From the IMG/VR virus record IMGVR_UViG_3300020385_000008, positions 33,657 to 97,656 of that record: DNA of 64,000 nt; one strand, given 5' to 3'. Positions 16,078 to 26,015 of this stretch are shown piece by piece. Position 1 is the stretch's first letter; each line of letters opens with the position of its first letter. The translations under genes and the position numbers were made by a program. The stretch comes from a virus. Under the pieces are notes generated by a model, which worked only from the letters and a program-made list of their open reading frames with translations, made no database searches and was not told the origin of the DNA.

Positions 16078-17793
16078 CTATTTTTTATTTAGTTTTGAAA
16101 ATCCCCTCTCTTTTTCAAACTTAAGAACAGAATCAAAGCGTTCGTATAGCTCTGTCTTATGGCTGATGATAAAAATATTAGCATCTTTAACAACGTAACG
16201 GATGATCTTAAGGAACTCTTCTGTACCAAATCCATCAAGTGAGCTGTCGAATACCTCATCCATAATAAGGAGATTTGTATTAATGGAATTGCGGACTCTA
16301 GCAACTTCTCTCCAAGTGAATAGAAGTGAAAGGTCAATACGCATTTTCTCACCCTCGGAAAATGAAGCGTATGAGAAACGTTCGTGGATAGGTGATACAA
16401 CAGTTTCGTTGAACTCCTCATCTAGATTGAAGTTAATGTAGAACTCCATCATCTGAAGGTACTTATTGACGTGCTTGTTAATAAGTGGGATATACTTCTT
16501 AATGATACTGGTCTTAACTCCACCATCCTTAAGTAGCTCATTCACAAACTGATGCTTCTCCATCTCAACTTTCAAATTAGATATCTCATCAACGCTACTC
16601 TTCAGATTTTTAATAATGGAGTTTAAGTTCTCTTTAGATTCAGCTTGATTATCAATAGACTCCCTAATTGTTGATATTTCAGAATGTAAGTTAGTAATAG
16701 TCTTATTGATATTAGAAATATCAGAATTACTTGAAGCCAATTTTTTGTTAAGCTCCAAAACTTCAGCAGATATATCATTAAAATTAGACTCTCTATTTTC
16801 TTCTTTTTCAATAGCAGCTTCTAATTCTTGATATCCACCTTTTAATTTTTTAGCATCTACACCAAGCTCAGTTAGTTTAGTTTGGCGTAGATTCTCATCA
16901 ATATCCTGGGTACAAGTGGGGCAAGTTTTATTATCATTAAAGAACTTATGGTTTTTGGACAGGGTGGTAATCTTTTGCTGAATTTTACCTTTAAGCCCAC
17001 CAAGCTCACGAAGCTTATCTCCAGCTCCCTTTAGCTCTTCTAACTCGGCATTAAGATGATCAATCTTACCTAGAACATCAATATTAGCTTCCTGTAGTTG
17101 TTGCTGATCAAGTAAATGCCGCTTAACAGACTCATTCTTTTTATTGATATTTGCCTCACCACTTTTTGTGATATCATCAATGAACTTGGCTTGCATTTGA
17201 CCTTTCTCTTTAAGAGAAGACTTCTTCAACTCAAGAATCTTTAATTGATCGCGGACAGTACGAACACGGTCCTTGACAATAGATGACATTGAGCTAAAGA
17301 CACGGATGTCTAGAAGATCTTCAATAACCTCACGACGGTGAGCAGCAGATAGCTGCATAAAAGGAACAAAAGTAGAACTACCAAGGATAACAATTTGGGT
17401 AAAGGACTTATAATTAACTTTAAGAATGTTCTCTTCTAGTGTGACTTGATTATCTCGGTCATCACCCCTTTTTTCAAGAAGCTTTCCATCAACTTCAATA
17501 TCAAATACGTTGGGCTTAATACCACGTCTAACTAAATACTGGCGGTTGTTGTTATTAAACTCAATCTCTACAAGACAATTTTTTTCAGTTACACTATTTA
17601 CCAACTGGGGTTTGTTAATCTTACGAAATGGCTTGTTAAACAATACAAAAGTCAAAGCATCCAGGATGGTTGACTTACCAGAGCCATTGCTACCGATAAT
17701 TAGATTTGTATTATTTGCTAGAAAATCAATCTCAGTGAATGAATCCCCAGAGGAGAGAAAGTTCTTATAGCGAAGCTTTTGGAAAACTAACAC
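16078..17793 (-). CDS. gp46: Recombination endonuclease subunit (SbcC/Rad50-like ATPase)
   Basis: GSNGSGKS, CPTC zinc hook, FSEGEKMRIDL, LIMDEVFDSSLD; TGTGCTATAAT at 17817-17827. Confidence 0.97.
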   Translation of the reverse strand: MLVFQKLRYKNFLSSGDSFTEIDFLANNTNLIIGSNGSGKSTILDALTFVLFNKPFRKINKPQLVNSVTEKNCLVEIEFNNNNRQYLVRRGIKPNVFDIEVDGKLLEKRGDDRDNQVTLEENILKVNYKSFTQIVILGSSTFVPFMQLSAAHRREVIEDLLDIRVFSSMSSIVKDRVRTVRDQLKILELKKSSLKEKGQMQAKFIDDITKSGEANINKKNESVKRHLLDQQQLQEANIDVLGKIDHLNAELEELKGAGDKLRELGGLKGKIQQKITTLSKNHKFFNDNKTCPTCTQDIDENLRQTKLTELGVDAKKLKGGYQELEAAIEKEENRESNFNDISAEVLELNKKLASSNSDISNINKTITNLHSEISTIRESIDNQAESKENLNSIIKNLKSSVDEISNLKVEMEKHQFVNELLKDGGVKTSIIKKYIPLINKHVNKYLQMMEFYINFNLDEEFNETVVSPIHERFSYASFSEGEKMRIDLSLLFTWREVARVRNSINTNLLIMDEVFDSSLDGFGTEEFLKIIRYVVKDANIFIISHKTELYERFDSVLKFEKERGFSKLNKK

Positions 17794-17830
17794 AGGATAC
17801 TAACATTATTAGCTCCATTATAGCACAGAT

Positions 17831-18136
17831 TTATTGATCTGTTGGAGGAGGAATAAAAAGTTCGTCTATCTTTACCAATATGTACCTACGATCTTTAACT
17901 TTTAATATTTCAAGAACATTGTTAAAGTTGACTTCAGAAACAACCATCTTCAGCGTATCTCCTACTAGATACTCTTCATCCCGCTCCAACATTTGGACAT
18001 ATCTTTCAGCATCATCCTCATTCTCAAATATTAAAATTTCTGGTTCTACACCTTCATCCCTTAAAGAATAAATGTGAGTCTCTCCTTCAGAGTTTTTTAT
18101 TGTTAGTAAGTAACATTGCTGATCGTCTGGTTTCAT
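17831..18136 (-). CDS. Conserved hypothetical protein (DUF3110-like)
   Basis: ILIFENEDDAERY and FIPPP motifs; usual position between gp47 and gp46. Confidence 0.7.
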   Translation of the reverse strand: MKPDDQQCYLLTIKNSEGETHIYSLRDEGVEPEILIFENEDDAERYVQMLERDEEYLVGDTLKMVVSEVNFNNVLEILKVKDRRYILVKIDELFIPPPTDQ

Positions 18137-19188
18137 ACTTCACAGGCTTCCATATAAATTTCAGATAATAGTGATTTAATAGAATTCTTATCCAGTGAGC
18201 TCTCATCAAAGTCAGCTTCATCAACATAACGGTTTAAGATTGATAAGGTATTCTCTTCAGCATCACTAGCATCAAAGTCCTCTGTTTCTTGTACGTTGAA
18301 GTTCTCAACGACCTTCATATCAATCAGACCAACGTTGAATAGCTTGTCTAGGAACTTATCAAAGTCTTTCTGTTTGGTCTTCTTACGAACAACAACCTTA
18401 ACAATCTTACCCCGGTATGCGGTAGCATTGAATAATTGATGCTTTGTATCTTCATAATATACGATTGAGAATAGTGTGTTTGGATTGTTTACATACTCAA
18501 TCTCACCTGTCTCGGTATCAAATAGAACAAAACCACGAGTATCATTAACATCATTCCAATACATCTCATAGGGATTACCCATATAAAAGATCTTACCGTC
18601 ATCAGAACGTGTATGGAAGTGACCTGATAAAACTTTTTCAAACTTACTAAACTCAGAAGGCTTTACTAGCCCCTTATCATCCTCAAACTTATGACCGCGA
18701 TATGCCTCAAAACCACCGAGTTCTAGATGACCCATAGCATACTTTGCTTCACTATTGGTAATCATTTCCTTGGTTCTAGTAAGATTCTCGTCACATATCC
18801 AAGGCAACATTAGAATCTTTTCGCCATCTACTGTAATTTCAGTGGGATCTGAGTAGGTTTTTACATTCCCATAATCTTGTAGAAGAAGATCAGGGGAGTT
18901 GGTCCTATTCGTTGACTTGAAATAACAGTCGTGGTTTCCTACAACCATATGAACGTCAAAGTCTTTCATTGGATCAAAGACTACACGCTTGGTCCACTGT
19001 AAGGAATTGTATTCAATAGATTTTCTACTATCAAAAGCATCACCCAAGTGAAGGATAGTCTTTACACCACGAGCTTTTAGTGTAGGGAAGAATACTTCTG
19101 AGTAGAACTTCTCAAAATGGGCGTGTAGATAGTCAGCACCTTTACGTGCCCCAAAATGTGTATCCGTAATAATAGCAACTAAACTCAT
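18133..19188 (-). CDS. gp47: Recombination endonuclease subunit (SbcD/Mre11-like)
   Basis: DTHFG, HLGD, GNHD, GHLE and SGHFH metallophosphoesterase motifs. Confidence 0.97.
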   Translation of the reverse strand: MSLVAIITDTHFGARKGADYLHAHFEKFYSEVFFPTLKARGVKTILHLGDAFDSRKSIEYNSLQWTKRVVFDPMKDFDVHMVVGNHDCYFKSTNRTNSPDLLLQDYGNVKTYSDPTEITVDGEKILMLPWICDENLTRTKEMITNSEAKYAMGHLELGGFEAYRGHKFEDDKGLVKPSEFSKFEKVLSGHFHTRSDDGKIFYMGNPYEMYWNDVNDTRGFVLFDTETGEIEYVNNPNTLFSIVYYEDTKHQLFNATAYRGKIVKVVVRKKTKQKDFDKFLDKLFNVGLIDMKVVENFNVQETEDFDASDAEENTLSILNRYVDEADFDESSLDKNSIKSLLSEIYMEACEV

Positions 19189-19661
19189 GAGTTAAGCTTG
19201 GTAATGATGTTTTCTTTGATTGCGTTGTAATCGTTACGATATTCGTTGGTTAGATTAGCATCAGAAGTCATTAGGGCTTCAAATCCACTCTTCTCTACAA
19301 TCTTAGTTTTAATATCAAGCTGTCTCTTCTCTCTCTGAATACGGCGTAGGAATGCAAAGTAACTAATTTGAGTGAAGTATGCGAATGGGTTCTTTGACTT
19401 AGCTGGGTCAAAGTTATGAATGTACTGTACGCAGTTCTCAATACCATCGGAGATCATATCCTCGCGGTACATATAGTTTACGAAGTTGGACTTATAGCTG
19501 AGATGGGTAGCAATCTTGAGAAAGCAAGATCCAATGTAATTGGTAATTCGTGGTTTGGGAAGATCTTTAGCAGCAGCTTCAGCTACGCTCTCTCGGTACT
19601 CAATGAGAGCATCAAGAAAGTCTCTATTATTAACGTAATGTTCTGTTTTCGCTTTAGGCAT
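19185..19661 (-). CDS. gp55: Late transcription sigma factor
   Basis: HYVNN, DMISDGIENC and NPFAYFTQI.YFAFLRRIQREK motifs; TGTGCTATAAT at 19685-19695. Confidence 0.96.
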   Translation of the reverse strand: MPKAKTEHYVNNRDFLDALIEYRESVAEAAAKDLPKPRITNYIGSCFLKIATHLSYKSNFVNYMYREDMISDGIENCVQYIHNFDPAKSKNPFAYFTQISYFAFLRRIQREKRQLDIKTKIVEKSGFEALMTSDANLTNEYRNDYNAIKENIITKLNS

Positions 19662-19719
19662 AGCACTTCTACTGCTTTAGGTACATTATAGCACAGAATA
19701 CATGTAATTGCTTAAAGAC

Positions 19720-19748
19720 TTGACAAGGGTCTCAAAATGGAGTACAAT
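19720..19748 (+). promoter_or_regulatory. Near-consensus sigma70 promoter on the antisense strand
   Basis: TTGACA-17 nt-TACAAT, divergent from the gp55 promoter, with no credible plus-strand ORF downstream. Confidence 0.65.
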
Positions 19749-19793
19749 CAGCCTTGTCGGGGGTGATAAGTCACTTTAAGTACTTAAGAGTCT

Positions 19794-20207
19794 TTAAGGT
19801 TTTTCATATGAATCTATATCTTTATAGAGTTTTTCTAGAGTAGTCTTAACTTCATTTACATTACCAACGTAACCAATTTTAGAACTAGAGTTACTATATC
19901 TTTCTGGTTTAGAATATAATTTAAGTTTTCTTTTAAAGAATGTTGAATAATCATTTAATATATCAACATCACTAATTTTATATACCGTTAGTATTTTAGT
20001 AATATCTATAACGTGTAATGTATCATTTTTAATGCATAACCAAGGTTCTAATGCATATTTTTTAGGTTTTCTTCTATCCCGTAACACAACTCTTACTGGA
20101 TCCTTAAAAGAAAGAACAGTGTATCCACTGTCATCTTCTAATTTTACTAGTGTGCATACAATTTCTTCACCAGATACTAACTTAATAGCTGCTATTTTGT
20201 CGCCCAT
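19794..20207 (-). CDS. Conserved hypothetical protein between uvsW and gp55
   Basis: IKLVSGEEIV N-terminus and GYVGNV...K..LEKLY C-terminus typical of this cyanophage family. Confidence 0.8.
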   Translation of the reverse strand: MGDKIAAIKLVSGEEIVCTLVKLEDDSGYTVLSFKDPVRVVLRDRRKPKKYALEPWLCIKNDTLHVIDITKILTVYKISDVDILNDYSTFFKRKLKLYSKPERYSNSSSKIGYVGNVNEVKTTLEKLYKDIDSYEKP

Positions 20208-20212
20208 TGGGT

Positions 20213-21673
20213 TTACCTTAGATTAATGTTTATTATGTCATAATTGAATTTTTCTTCATTATATGTCTTAATACGCTCAATCAAATGATTAAGTGTGTAA
20301 TTTTTATTACTATTTTTCGTTGTATCGTCAGCTATATCATATAGCATAGCTTTTGATTTGTTAGACCCTTTCCTAAGTACACGACCTATACTTTGTAAAT
20401 TTCTGATACGTGATTTTGACGGGGAAGCAAATATAACATTATGTAGATTTTTTATGTTAATTCCAGTACTGAATACACCATAGGAAGCGATAATAATCGC
20501 ATTATCTTCCCTTTCTGTGATTTCGCGTACTTGTTCTCTTTCTTCTACATCAACGCCGCCATGTACAAAGAATACGTGGCGCCCCTCTTCCTTCTTACTA
20601 TTTATAAGATCATTAAGTATTTTTCCGTGATTTTCTACTCTTGTAAACAAAACCAACGTATTTCCTGTAATGCCCAATGCTAGATTGCTGATAAATTTGT
20701 TTCTTTTCTCGTGACTAATGAGATATTGAATCTCATCCTCATACTTATTAAACTTTTGCTCATCATGTTTTAATAATAAAACTTTAATATCAAGTTTAGC
20801 TACGTGACCAGCTTCCATTAGCTCCTTTGTTCTAATGGTGTTATATGCTGGACCAAATAGTCCTTCCAGTACAAGCTTATTTGTTTGGGTGCCATCAAGA
20901 GTACCTGTGAAACCAAAACGATACTTTGCGTCACATAGCTTAGTCATAATGCTGACTAGACTTTTTGATTTAAAGTTATGTGCTTCATCACCAATAACCA
21001 CATTAAACTTTTGAAAAAATGGTTTAGGTAATTTGTAGACAGACTGCCAAGTAGTAATAGTAACTTGCTTATCACTATGTAACTCCTTACCACCATAAAT
21101 TTTATGACAGTAAGAACCTACGTCAAATCCATAATCCTCAAAATCTTTATACATCTGTTCTACAAGAGATGTAGTAGGGACTACAATAAGAATGTTCTCA
21201 TTGCGTTGAGCATAGTATGCCACTAGGGCATAGATCATTAGAGATTTACCAGACGCAGTTGGAGAAACGATAAGTTTCCTATTTGATTTGAGAGCGGTAT
21301 AGATCCCGTGGAGCTGATAATCTCTGGGCTTATATGAAGTAATGGATTTAACCCAATCAGTAACACCCATAGGTGAGATCTCTTCATTTTCTTCATAGGG
21401 TAAGCCATAAAACTTATTGTCCCTGAATTCATATGTGTAACCATACTGATCACAAAAAGCAATAACACGATCTAGCAACCCAACATAGATCTGTTTAGTT
21501 TGAGGAGAAAATAAATTAATCGTTCCATCCCAATGTCTTTTGCGGAATGATGGATGAAACTTTGCCCCTGGAACTTCAAATGAGAAAGCGTCACGCAGCT
21601 CATATTGAATATGTGGTTCACAATCAATTTGAAGAAACACCTCGTTCTTCTTGCTGATAATCAAGTCGGTCAT
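20213..21673 (-). CDS. uvsW: RNA-DNA / DNA-DNA helicase UvsW
   Basis: SPTASGKS, DEAH, GFTGT and QSIGRVLR SF2 motifs. Confidence 0.96.
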   Translation of the reverse strand: MTDLIISKKNEVFLQIDCEPHIQYELRDAFSFEVPGAKFHPSFRKRHWDGTINLFSPQTKQIYVGLLDRVIAFCDQYGYTYEFRDNKFYGLPYEENEEISPMGVTDWVKSITSYKPRDYQLHGIYTALKSNRKLIVSPTASGKSLMIYALVAYYAQRNENILIVVPTTSLVEQMYKDFEDYGFDVGSYCHKIYGGKELHSDKQVTITTWQSVYKLPKPFFQKFNVVIGDEAHNFKSKSLVSIMTKLCDAKYRFGFTGTLDGTQTNKLVLEGLFGPAYNTIRTKELMEAGHVAKLDIKVLLLKHDEQKFNKYEDEIQYLISHEKRNKFISNLALGITGNTLVLFTRVENHGKILNDLINSKKEEGRHVFFVHGGVDVEEREQVREITEREDNAIIIASYGVFSTGINIKNLHNVIFASPSKSRIRNLQSIGRVLRKGSNKSKAMLYDIADDTTKNSNKNYTLNHLIERIKTYNEEKFNYDIININLR

Positions 21674-21718
21674 TAGAAAAACATCAGCTAAACTTATTTA
21701 GTCGCTGTTCATATAAGG

Positions 21719-21910
21719 TTAAAAATTGTGAAAGGTGTAGTCAAGCATCATTGCATAGAGAGAATCTCTAACCTTCCATAGCTGCTCTTGCTCCTCTGGG
21801 GGTCTTGCTGGGGATCCTTCCCAATACTTAATACGATACTCAATGCATTGATGCATGAGCCTAATGTCTTCAATCGTAAGATCTACTGTATAGTCTGGTA
21901 TATTATCCAT
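21719..21910 (-). CDS. Small conserved hypothetical protein
   Basis: 63 aa with WEGSPARPPEEQE motif; overlaps the upstream ORF. Confidence 0.7.
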   Translation of the reverse strand: MDNIPDYTVDLTIEDIRLMHQCIEYRIKYWEGSPARPPEEQEQLWKVRDSLYAMMLDYTFHNF

Positions 21911-22214
21911 TATTATAAGATCCTGTTAGATAATCGAATTGAATCCACCATTCTCGTTCATATGAGTTGTAATTATCATCCTGCCATTTAGGATCACTTT
22001 CGTCTAGATTTTTCTTCCACACTTTCACTGGGTTTTCTGGATCCGTCGTATCTGTTACCCAGTATCCATTATGAATAAATAAAAATAAATAAAAATAGAA
22101 GGTCCAAAAGCCCCCTAAAAACATAAGCCACTTTACAAAAATTTTATCTATTAGTGTGTAATCTTTTACGTCTTTATGTCTGAAGTCATTTCTGAACTTA
22201 TTGAAGTAATCCAT
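21903..22214 (-). CDS. Hypothetical membrane protein
   Basis: 103 aa with one aromatic-rich TM segment; start overlaps the uvsY stop. Confidence 0.65.
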   Translation of the reverse strand: MDYFNKFRNDFRHKDVKDYTLIDKIFVKWLMFLGGFWTFYFYLFLFIHNGYWVTDTTDPENPVKVWKKNLDESDPKWQDDNYNSYEREWWIQFDYLTGSYNNG

Positions 22215-22648
22215 TAGAAACCCATCCCTGATTGAAATTTTAGAAAGTCGATACTATTTTTAACTTGATATCCTCTATTATGAATCATTTTTAGAATATC
22301 TTCCAAGAAAGAAATCATCACATCATAGTAATCCATTTTAAGCTTGATTTTTGCTAGCTTATCATCGGCATTCAAATGCATAGACATTGATTCCTTATCC
22401 CTTATTTTGTATGGAAAAGGTTCTTCAACATACACTTCTGCTGGCGCCTTACCACTGTAGTAGTTGTACCTCTCTAACCTAGTTTTTGCTAGGGTGTCAT
22501 TACATTTAGTTCTTAATAATTTAATTGTAGTATACAGTGTGTAATACTTTTGGTGTAGCTGTGGTATTTTTAGAGATTCGTCATGAAGATTATCTATATC
22601 AATCTTAGAATCTGCTTCCCACATTTCTTGGATTTTTTCTAAATTCAT
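22214..22648 (-). CDS. uvsY: Recombination mediator UvsY
   Basis: DSKID, ESLKIPQLHQKY, YYSGKA and RGYQVKNSIDF motifs; synteny. Confidence 0.92.
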   Translation of the reverse strand: MNLEKIQEMWEADSKIDIDNLHDESLKIPQLHQKYYTLYTTIKLLRTKCNDTLAKTRLERYNYYSGKAPAEVYVEEPFPYKIRDKESMSMHLNADDKLAKIKLKMDYYDVMISFLEDILKMIHNRGYQVKNSIDFLKFQSGMGF

Positions 22649-23229
22649 TAAAACCTTGGAGAATCAACATAATCAGGTGACAAAACTTTACCATTTTTGC
22701 CTAATATTTGCATATATGTAAATGCAAATGTAGCATTGGCGGTAAAGTAATTAACATCAGTATCTGTGGCAGTAAAGTCCATAGAAGATAATGAGGTTGG
22801 AAATATGTCCCAAAATTTAATTTGGGCAATTACATTGTAATTGCTATTGAGTATTTGGAGTGATGCATCACTATACTGCAACTCCATATCCCTACCCCCA
22901 TCTCTACCGGTAGTGATGTCTAAAAACTGCTCACAAGATTCTGGGAAACCTAAACCAGTAATCCAATTATGTATTAAAGTGTAATTTATCATATCCTCAT
23001 CAATGAGGAACTGTATAGGTAACTCACCATACTCAACTCTATCTCCTGGTTGAGCTAATGCCTTTAAGTAATTTGATTGATTCGCAATACCTAAGCTAAT
23101 TTGAGGCAATGCAGCAGTATTCGCAAAGAAACTTACTTTGGGAAACCTAGCAATAGAAAAATCAAATCCAAGAGGACTCATGTAATTTCTATTCTCTAGC
23201 TGCTTATAATAAATGTCAGACACAGGCAA
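22648..23229 (-). CDS. gp3: Tail tube terminator / tail completion protein
   Basis: NYMSPLGF.F, PGD, FLIDEDMINY, SDASL.IL and FPTSLS motifs; follows gp23. Confidence 0.88.
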   Translation of the reverse strand: MPVSDIYYKQLENRNYMSPLGFDFSIARFPKVSFFANTAALPQISLGIANQSNYLKALAQPGDRVEYGELPIQFLIDEDMINYTLIHNWITGLGFPESCEQFLDITTGRDGGRDMELQYSDASLQILNSNYNVIAQIKFWDIFPTSLSSMDFTATDTDVNYFTANATFAFTYMQILGKNGKVLSPDYVDSPRF

Positions 23230-23263
23230 ATGATATAATAGACCGTGTACTATTTAGAGGCAT

Positions 23264-23292
23264 AAAAAAGGAGCCCCTTTCGGAGCCCCCTT
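23264..23292 (-). terminator. Terminator after gp23
   Basis: GGGGCTCC-GAAA-GGGGCTCC stem (with G-U pairs) and T run; CTAAATA late promoter follows at 23251-23257. Confidence 0.8.
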
Positions 23293-23325
23293 ATTACTGT
23301 GAAGATTAACTCGTCGGAGTTCAAA

Positions 23326-24747
23326 TCACATTAGGTTCTTGACCTGTACACGGCGGTAGTAGACGTTCGTGTTAACAGCGAGACGACCTAGACCTTGATC
23401 AAGTCCTTCTGCGAAGGGGTTAGCGACCATGCCGTAGCGGGTCTTAAAGCCGATACGAGGCTGGAAGCTGTCCTGACCAACTGCACGAACCATCTGGAGA
23501 GGCACGTAAGGGCAGTAGAAGAGTCCTGCGTCATAAGGTGAACTACCTTTGTAGCCCATAACGTAGTACTGCTGTGAGGAAACGTTAGCAGCATAAGGAT
23601 CGATATAGACCTTGTACTTACCTTGTAGAACACCAGCGAATAGGTTGCCTGTGTCGTCAACGTTAAGGTTGGCGTTAAGAGCAGGGGTGTAATCAAGTAC
23701 ACCAGCCATTGTTAGAGCGGAAGCAACGTCTGCAGAACAGATGATGATATTGCCCTTCCCACGACGTGTCTGCTCGGCGATTGCGTTAGCGTCTCTTTCG
23801 ATTTGGAAGATAAGTCCTTTGAACTTCTCAACAGACCAACGACCGTTGGAGTCAACGTCAAGGTCAAATACGCCAGCTTGAGCAACGTTAGCTTGAGCAC
23901 CAGGAACAGCAGTTTTGTATACTGTACGGATGACTTCTCTGTTGATTTCAGCCAAGATCTCTGAAGAGAGGATATTAGCTAGTTCAGCTTCAGCATTTAG
24001 ACCGTGGATAGCCTTAAGGTCTTGTGCTAGCTCCATGCTGTACTGAGCCTTGAGTGCGCGACTCTTAGCAGTAACAGTTAGCTTCTCGATTGAGAAACCC
24101 ATTTCGCGGAAAGCAGGACCACCATCGGTTCCAAGTGCTTCAGCTTCGTTTGTAGCCATGCCCTGACCCACGTTGTAACCGACTTGATCGCCGGGTAGGG
24201 GGTTAAGGATTGCTGGGTTAGATCCACTCTGTGAAGTGGTTCCTAGACCAACAGCAGGACCTTCATCGCCTGCGTTGTACTTACCCTGGAGGTTAGAAGG
24301 CTGACCAGAGTAGGCAGAGTTTGCTTCATCGTAGAAGGCTTCAGGACCAGCTTGACCTTCGTAGCGTGAACGCATTGCGAAGATTAGACCTGTAGGACCG
24401 TTCATTGGCTGAACGCCGCAGATGTCATATGCCATTAGGTTAGGCATTGAACGACGGATTAGGCTGACTAGTACTGGATCGAAACCAGCAACAGCGCCAC
24501 TAGCGTTTGCGTTACCAGAGAAACCTGCAGTATCTGCACCAGCGCCAGGAGGCGCGAGTGGGTTATTTGACTGGGTTGTGATTGGATTTTCGGAGAGGAA
24601 GCTACGCTCTTCTTGAAGGGCGATTGCTTGGTTCTCTAGGAGTTGTGCGGTTACTGCACGCTTGTGAGCGTCCTGAATACCTTCTCCGTGCTCTAGAACA
24701 GGAGCCCACTTCTCCATGAGCTGTTCTGCGTTAGCATTGTTATACAT
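23326..24747 (-). CDS. gp23: Major capsid protein
   Basis: LIRRSMPNL, GVQPMNGPTGLIFAMR, SRALKA.YS.ELAQDLKAIHGL and FQPRIGFKTRYG motifs. Confidence 0.99.
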   Translation of the reverse strand: MYNNANAEQLMEKWAPVLEHGEGIQDAHKRAVTAQLLENQAIALQEERSFLSENPITTQSNNPLAPPGAGADTAGFSGNANASGAVAGFDPVLVSLIRRSMPNLMAYDICGVQPMNGPTGLIFAMRSRYEGQAGPEAFYDEANSAYSGQPSNLQGKYNAGDEGPAVGLGTTSQSGSNPAILNPLPGDQVGYNVGQGMATNEAEALGTDGGPAFREMGFSIEKLTVTAKSRALKAQYSMELAQDLKAIHGLNAEAELANILSSEILAEINREVIRTVYKTAVPGAQANVAQAGVFDLDVDSNGRWSVEKFKGLIFQIERDANAIAEQTRRGKGNIIICSADVASALTMAGVLDYTPALNANLNVDDTGNLFAGVLQGKYKVYIDPYAANVSSQQYYVMGYKGSSPYDAGLFYCPYVPLQMVRAVGQDSFQPRIGFKTRYGMVANPFAEGLDQGLGRLAVNTNVYYRRVQVKNLM

Positions 24748-24803
24748 TAGTTAAAACCTTTATTTGGTAAAGAATTGTTAGTTTGATCTTAATAATTTAA
24801 AAA

Positions 24804-25943
24804 TCACTTAGAAAATCTGTCGAGCTGTTCTACTAGTGAAGCCATTTGAGCGGATAACTCAGGTGCTGCTTCATAAGTACCAACTGATTCAGTTAGATCC
24901 TCGACGCTGTTTCTTGCGGTCACACTAGCAGTGCTCAAAGAGAAATAGCTCTCTTTTAGTGACTCTAGTTTTTCGCGATAACCTGTTTCACTATCAAACT
25001 CAACGTTCTCAGCCAAAGCTGCGAGCTTATCTTTTTGGGTCTCAGCGAGACCTTCAGATACATCGGCGAGAATGGTCTCAGAAACAGCACCACTTAGGCG
25101 GCTGTTAAGAGCTACATTACGCTCAATCTGCTCATTGAGGTTTGATTCCATTTCATCAAGTCTTTCAACCATGGACTCAACAACATCGAAACGCTCTTCA
25201 GGTACAGAGACATAATGCTCTGAGAAGAGTGAATGCATTCCCTGGAGGAAGCTTTCAGTCATTTCGGTGCGTAGACCATGTTCGACGGCAATGGCATTTT
25301 CAGCCATCCACTCGTCAGCTACGTACTCTAGGTAAGCGTCTACACGCTCACTTAGGCTGGTGCGAATAGTAGCTAGCTCTTCAGTTAGCTTCTCTTCATA
25401 TGCATCCTGTAGATCTTCTTTGACAATAGCAACCTTGTTACGGATGGCAGCTTCAAAGATGACGCGAGCTTTGCTCTGGAACTCTTCAGAGAGTTCTTCG
25501 CCACTTAGAAGTGCATTAACGTCTTCTTCAATATCTAGTTCAGCCATAGCGATATCACTAGAAGTGATTTCTTCTACAACTTCACCTTCAGTCTCGATCT
25601 CTTCCTTGCGGGTTTGACCGGGAACTACAGAAGCGGGTACTTTTTCGGCTTGTGAACCGGCGGGGTGAGCATCAGTAGTACCACCAGAATTGCTTCCGGG
25701 AACTACGTCAGCGTCTACCTTTTCCATACCTTGAGCTGGTTTAGCGCCTTTATTTACCACATCCCTAACTTGCTTAAGGGGTAAAGAGGCATCTCTGAGC
25801 TTGGCAGGACCATCTGGCTCATTAGTATAGTTCTCGGGGGTTGGACCACCGAGATCTTCGATTGTTTGTCCGGGAACTACGCTGGTCGGAACCTTTTCCA
25901 TTGGTTCAGCAGCCTTAGCACCTTTCGTTACTACGTTTTCCAT
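24804..25943 (-). CDS. gp22: Prohead core scaffolding protein
   Basis: EDLGGPTPENY, LSEEF..KA..IFEAA and YLEYVADEW motifs; TATAAATA at 26004-26011. Confidence 0.93.
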   Translation of the reverse strand: MENVVTKGAKAAEPMEKVPTSVVPGQTIEDLGGPTPENYTNEPDGPAKLRDASLPLKQVRDVVNKGAKPAQGMEKVDADVVPGSNSGGTTDAHPAGSQAEKVPASVVPGQTRKEEIETEGEVVEEITSSDIAMAELDIEEDVNALLSGEELSEEFQSKARVIFEAAIRNKVAIVKEDLQDAYEEKLTEELATIRTSLSERVDAYLEYVADEWMAENAIAVEHGLRTEMTESFLQGMHSLFSEHYVSVPEERFDVVESMVERLDEMESNLNEQIERNVALNSRLSGAVSETILADVSEGLAETQKDKLAALAENVEFDSETGYREKLESLKESYFSLSTASVTARNSVEDLTESVGTYEAAPELSAQMASLVEQLDRFSK

Positions 25944-26015
25944 GTCTTGTAAAAATTAGTTGCTACCGACGAGTAAATTGATTTAACAGTATAAATCTAT
26001 AGTTATTTATAAGAT

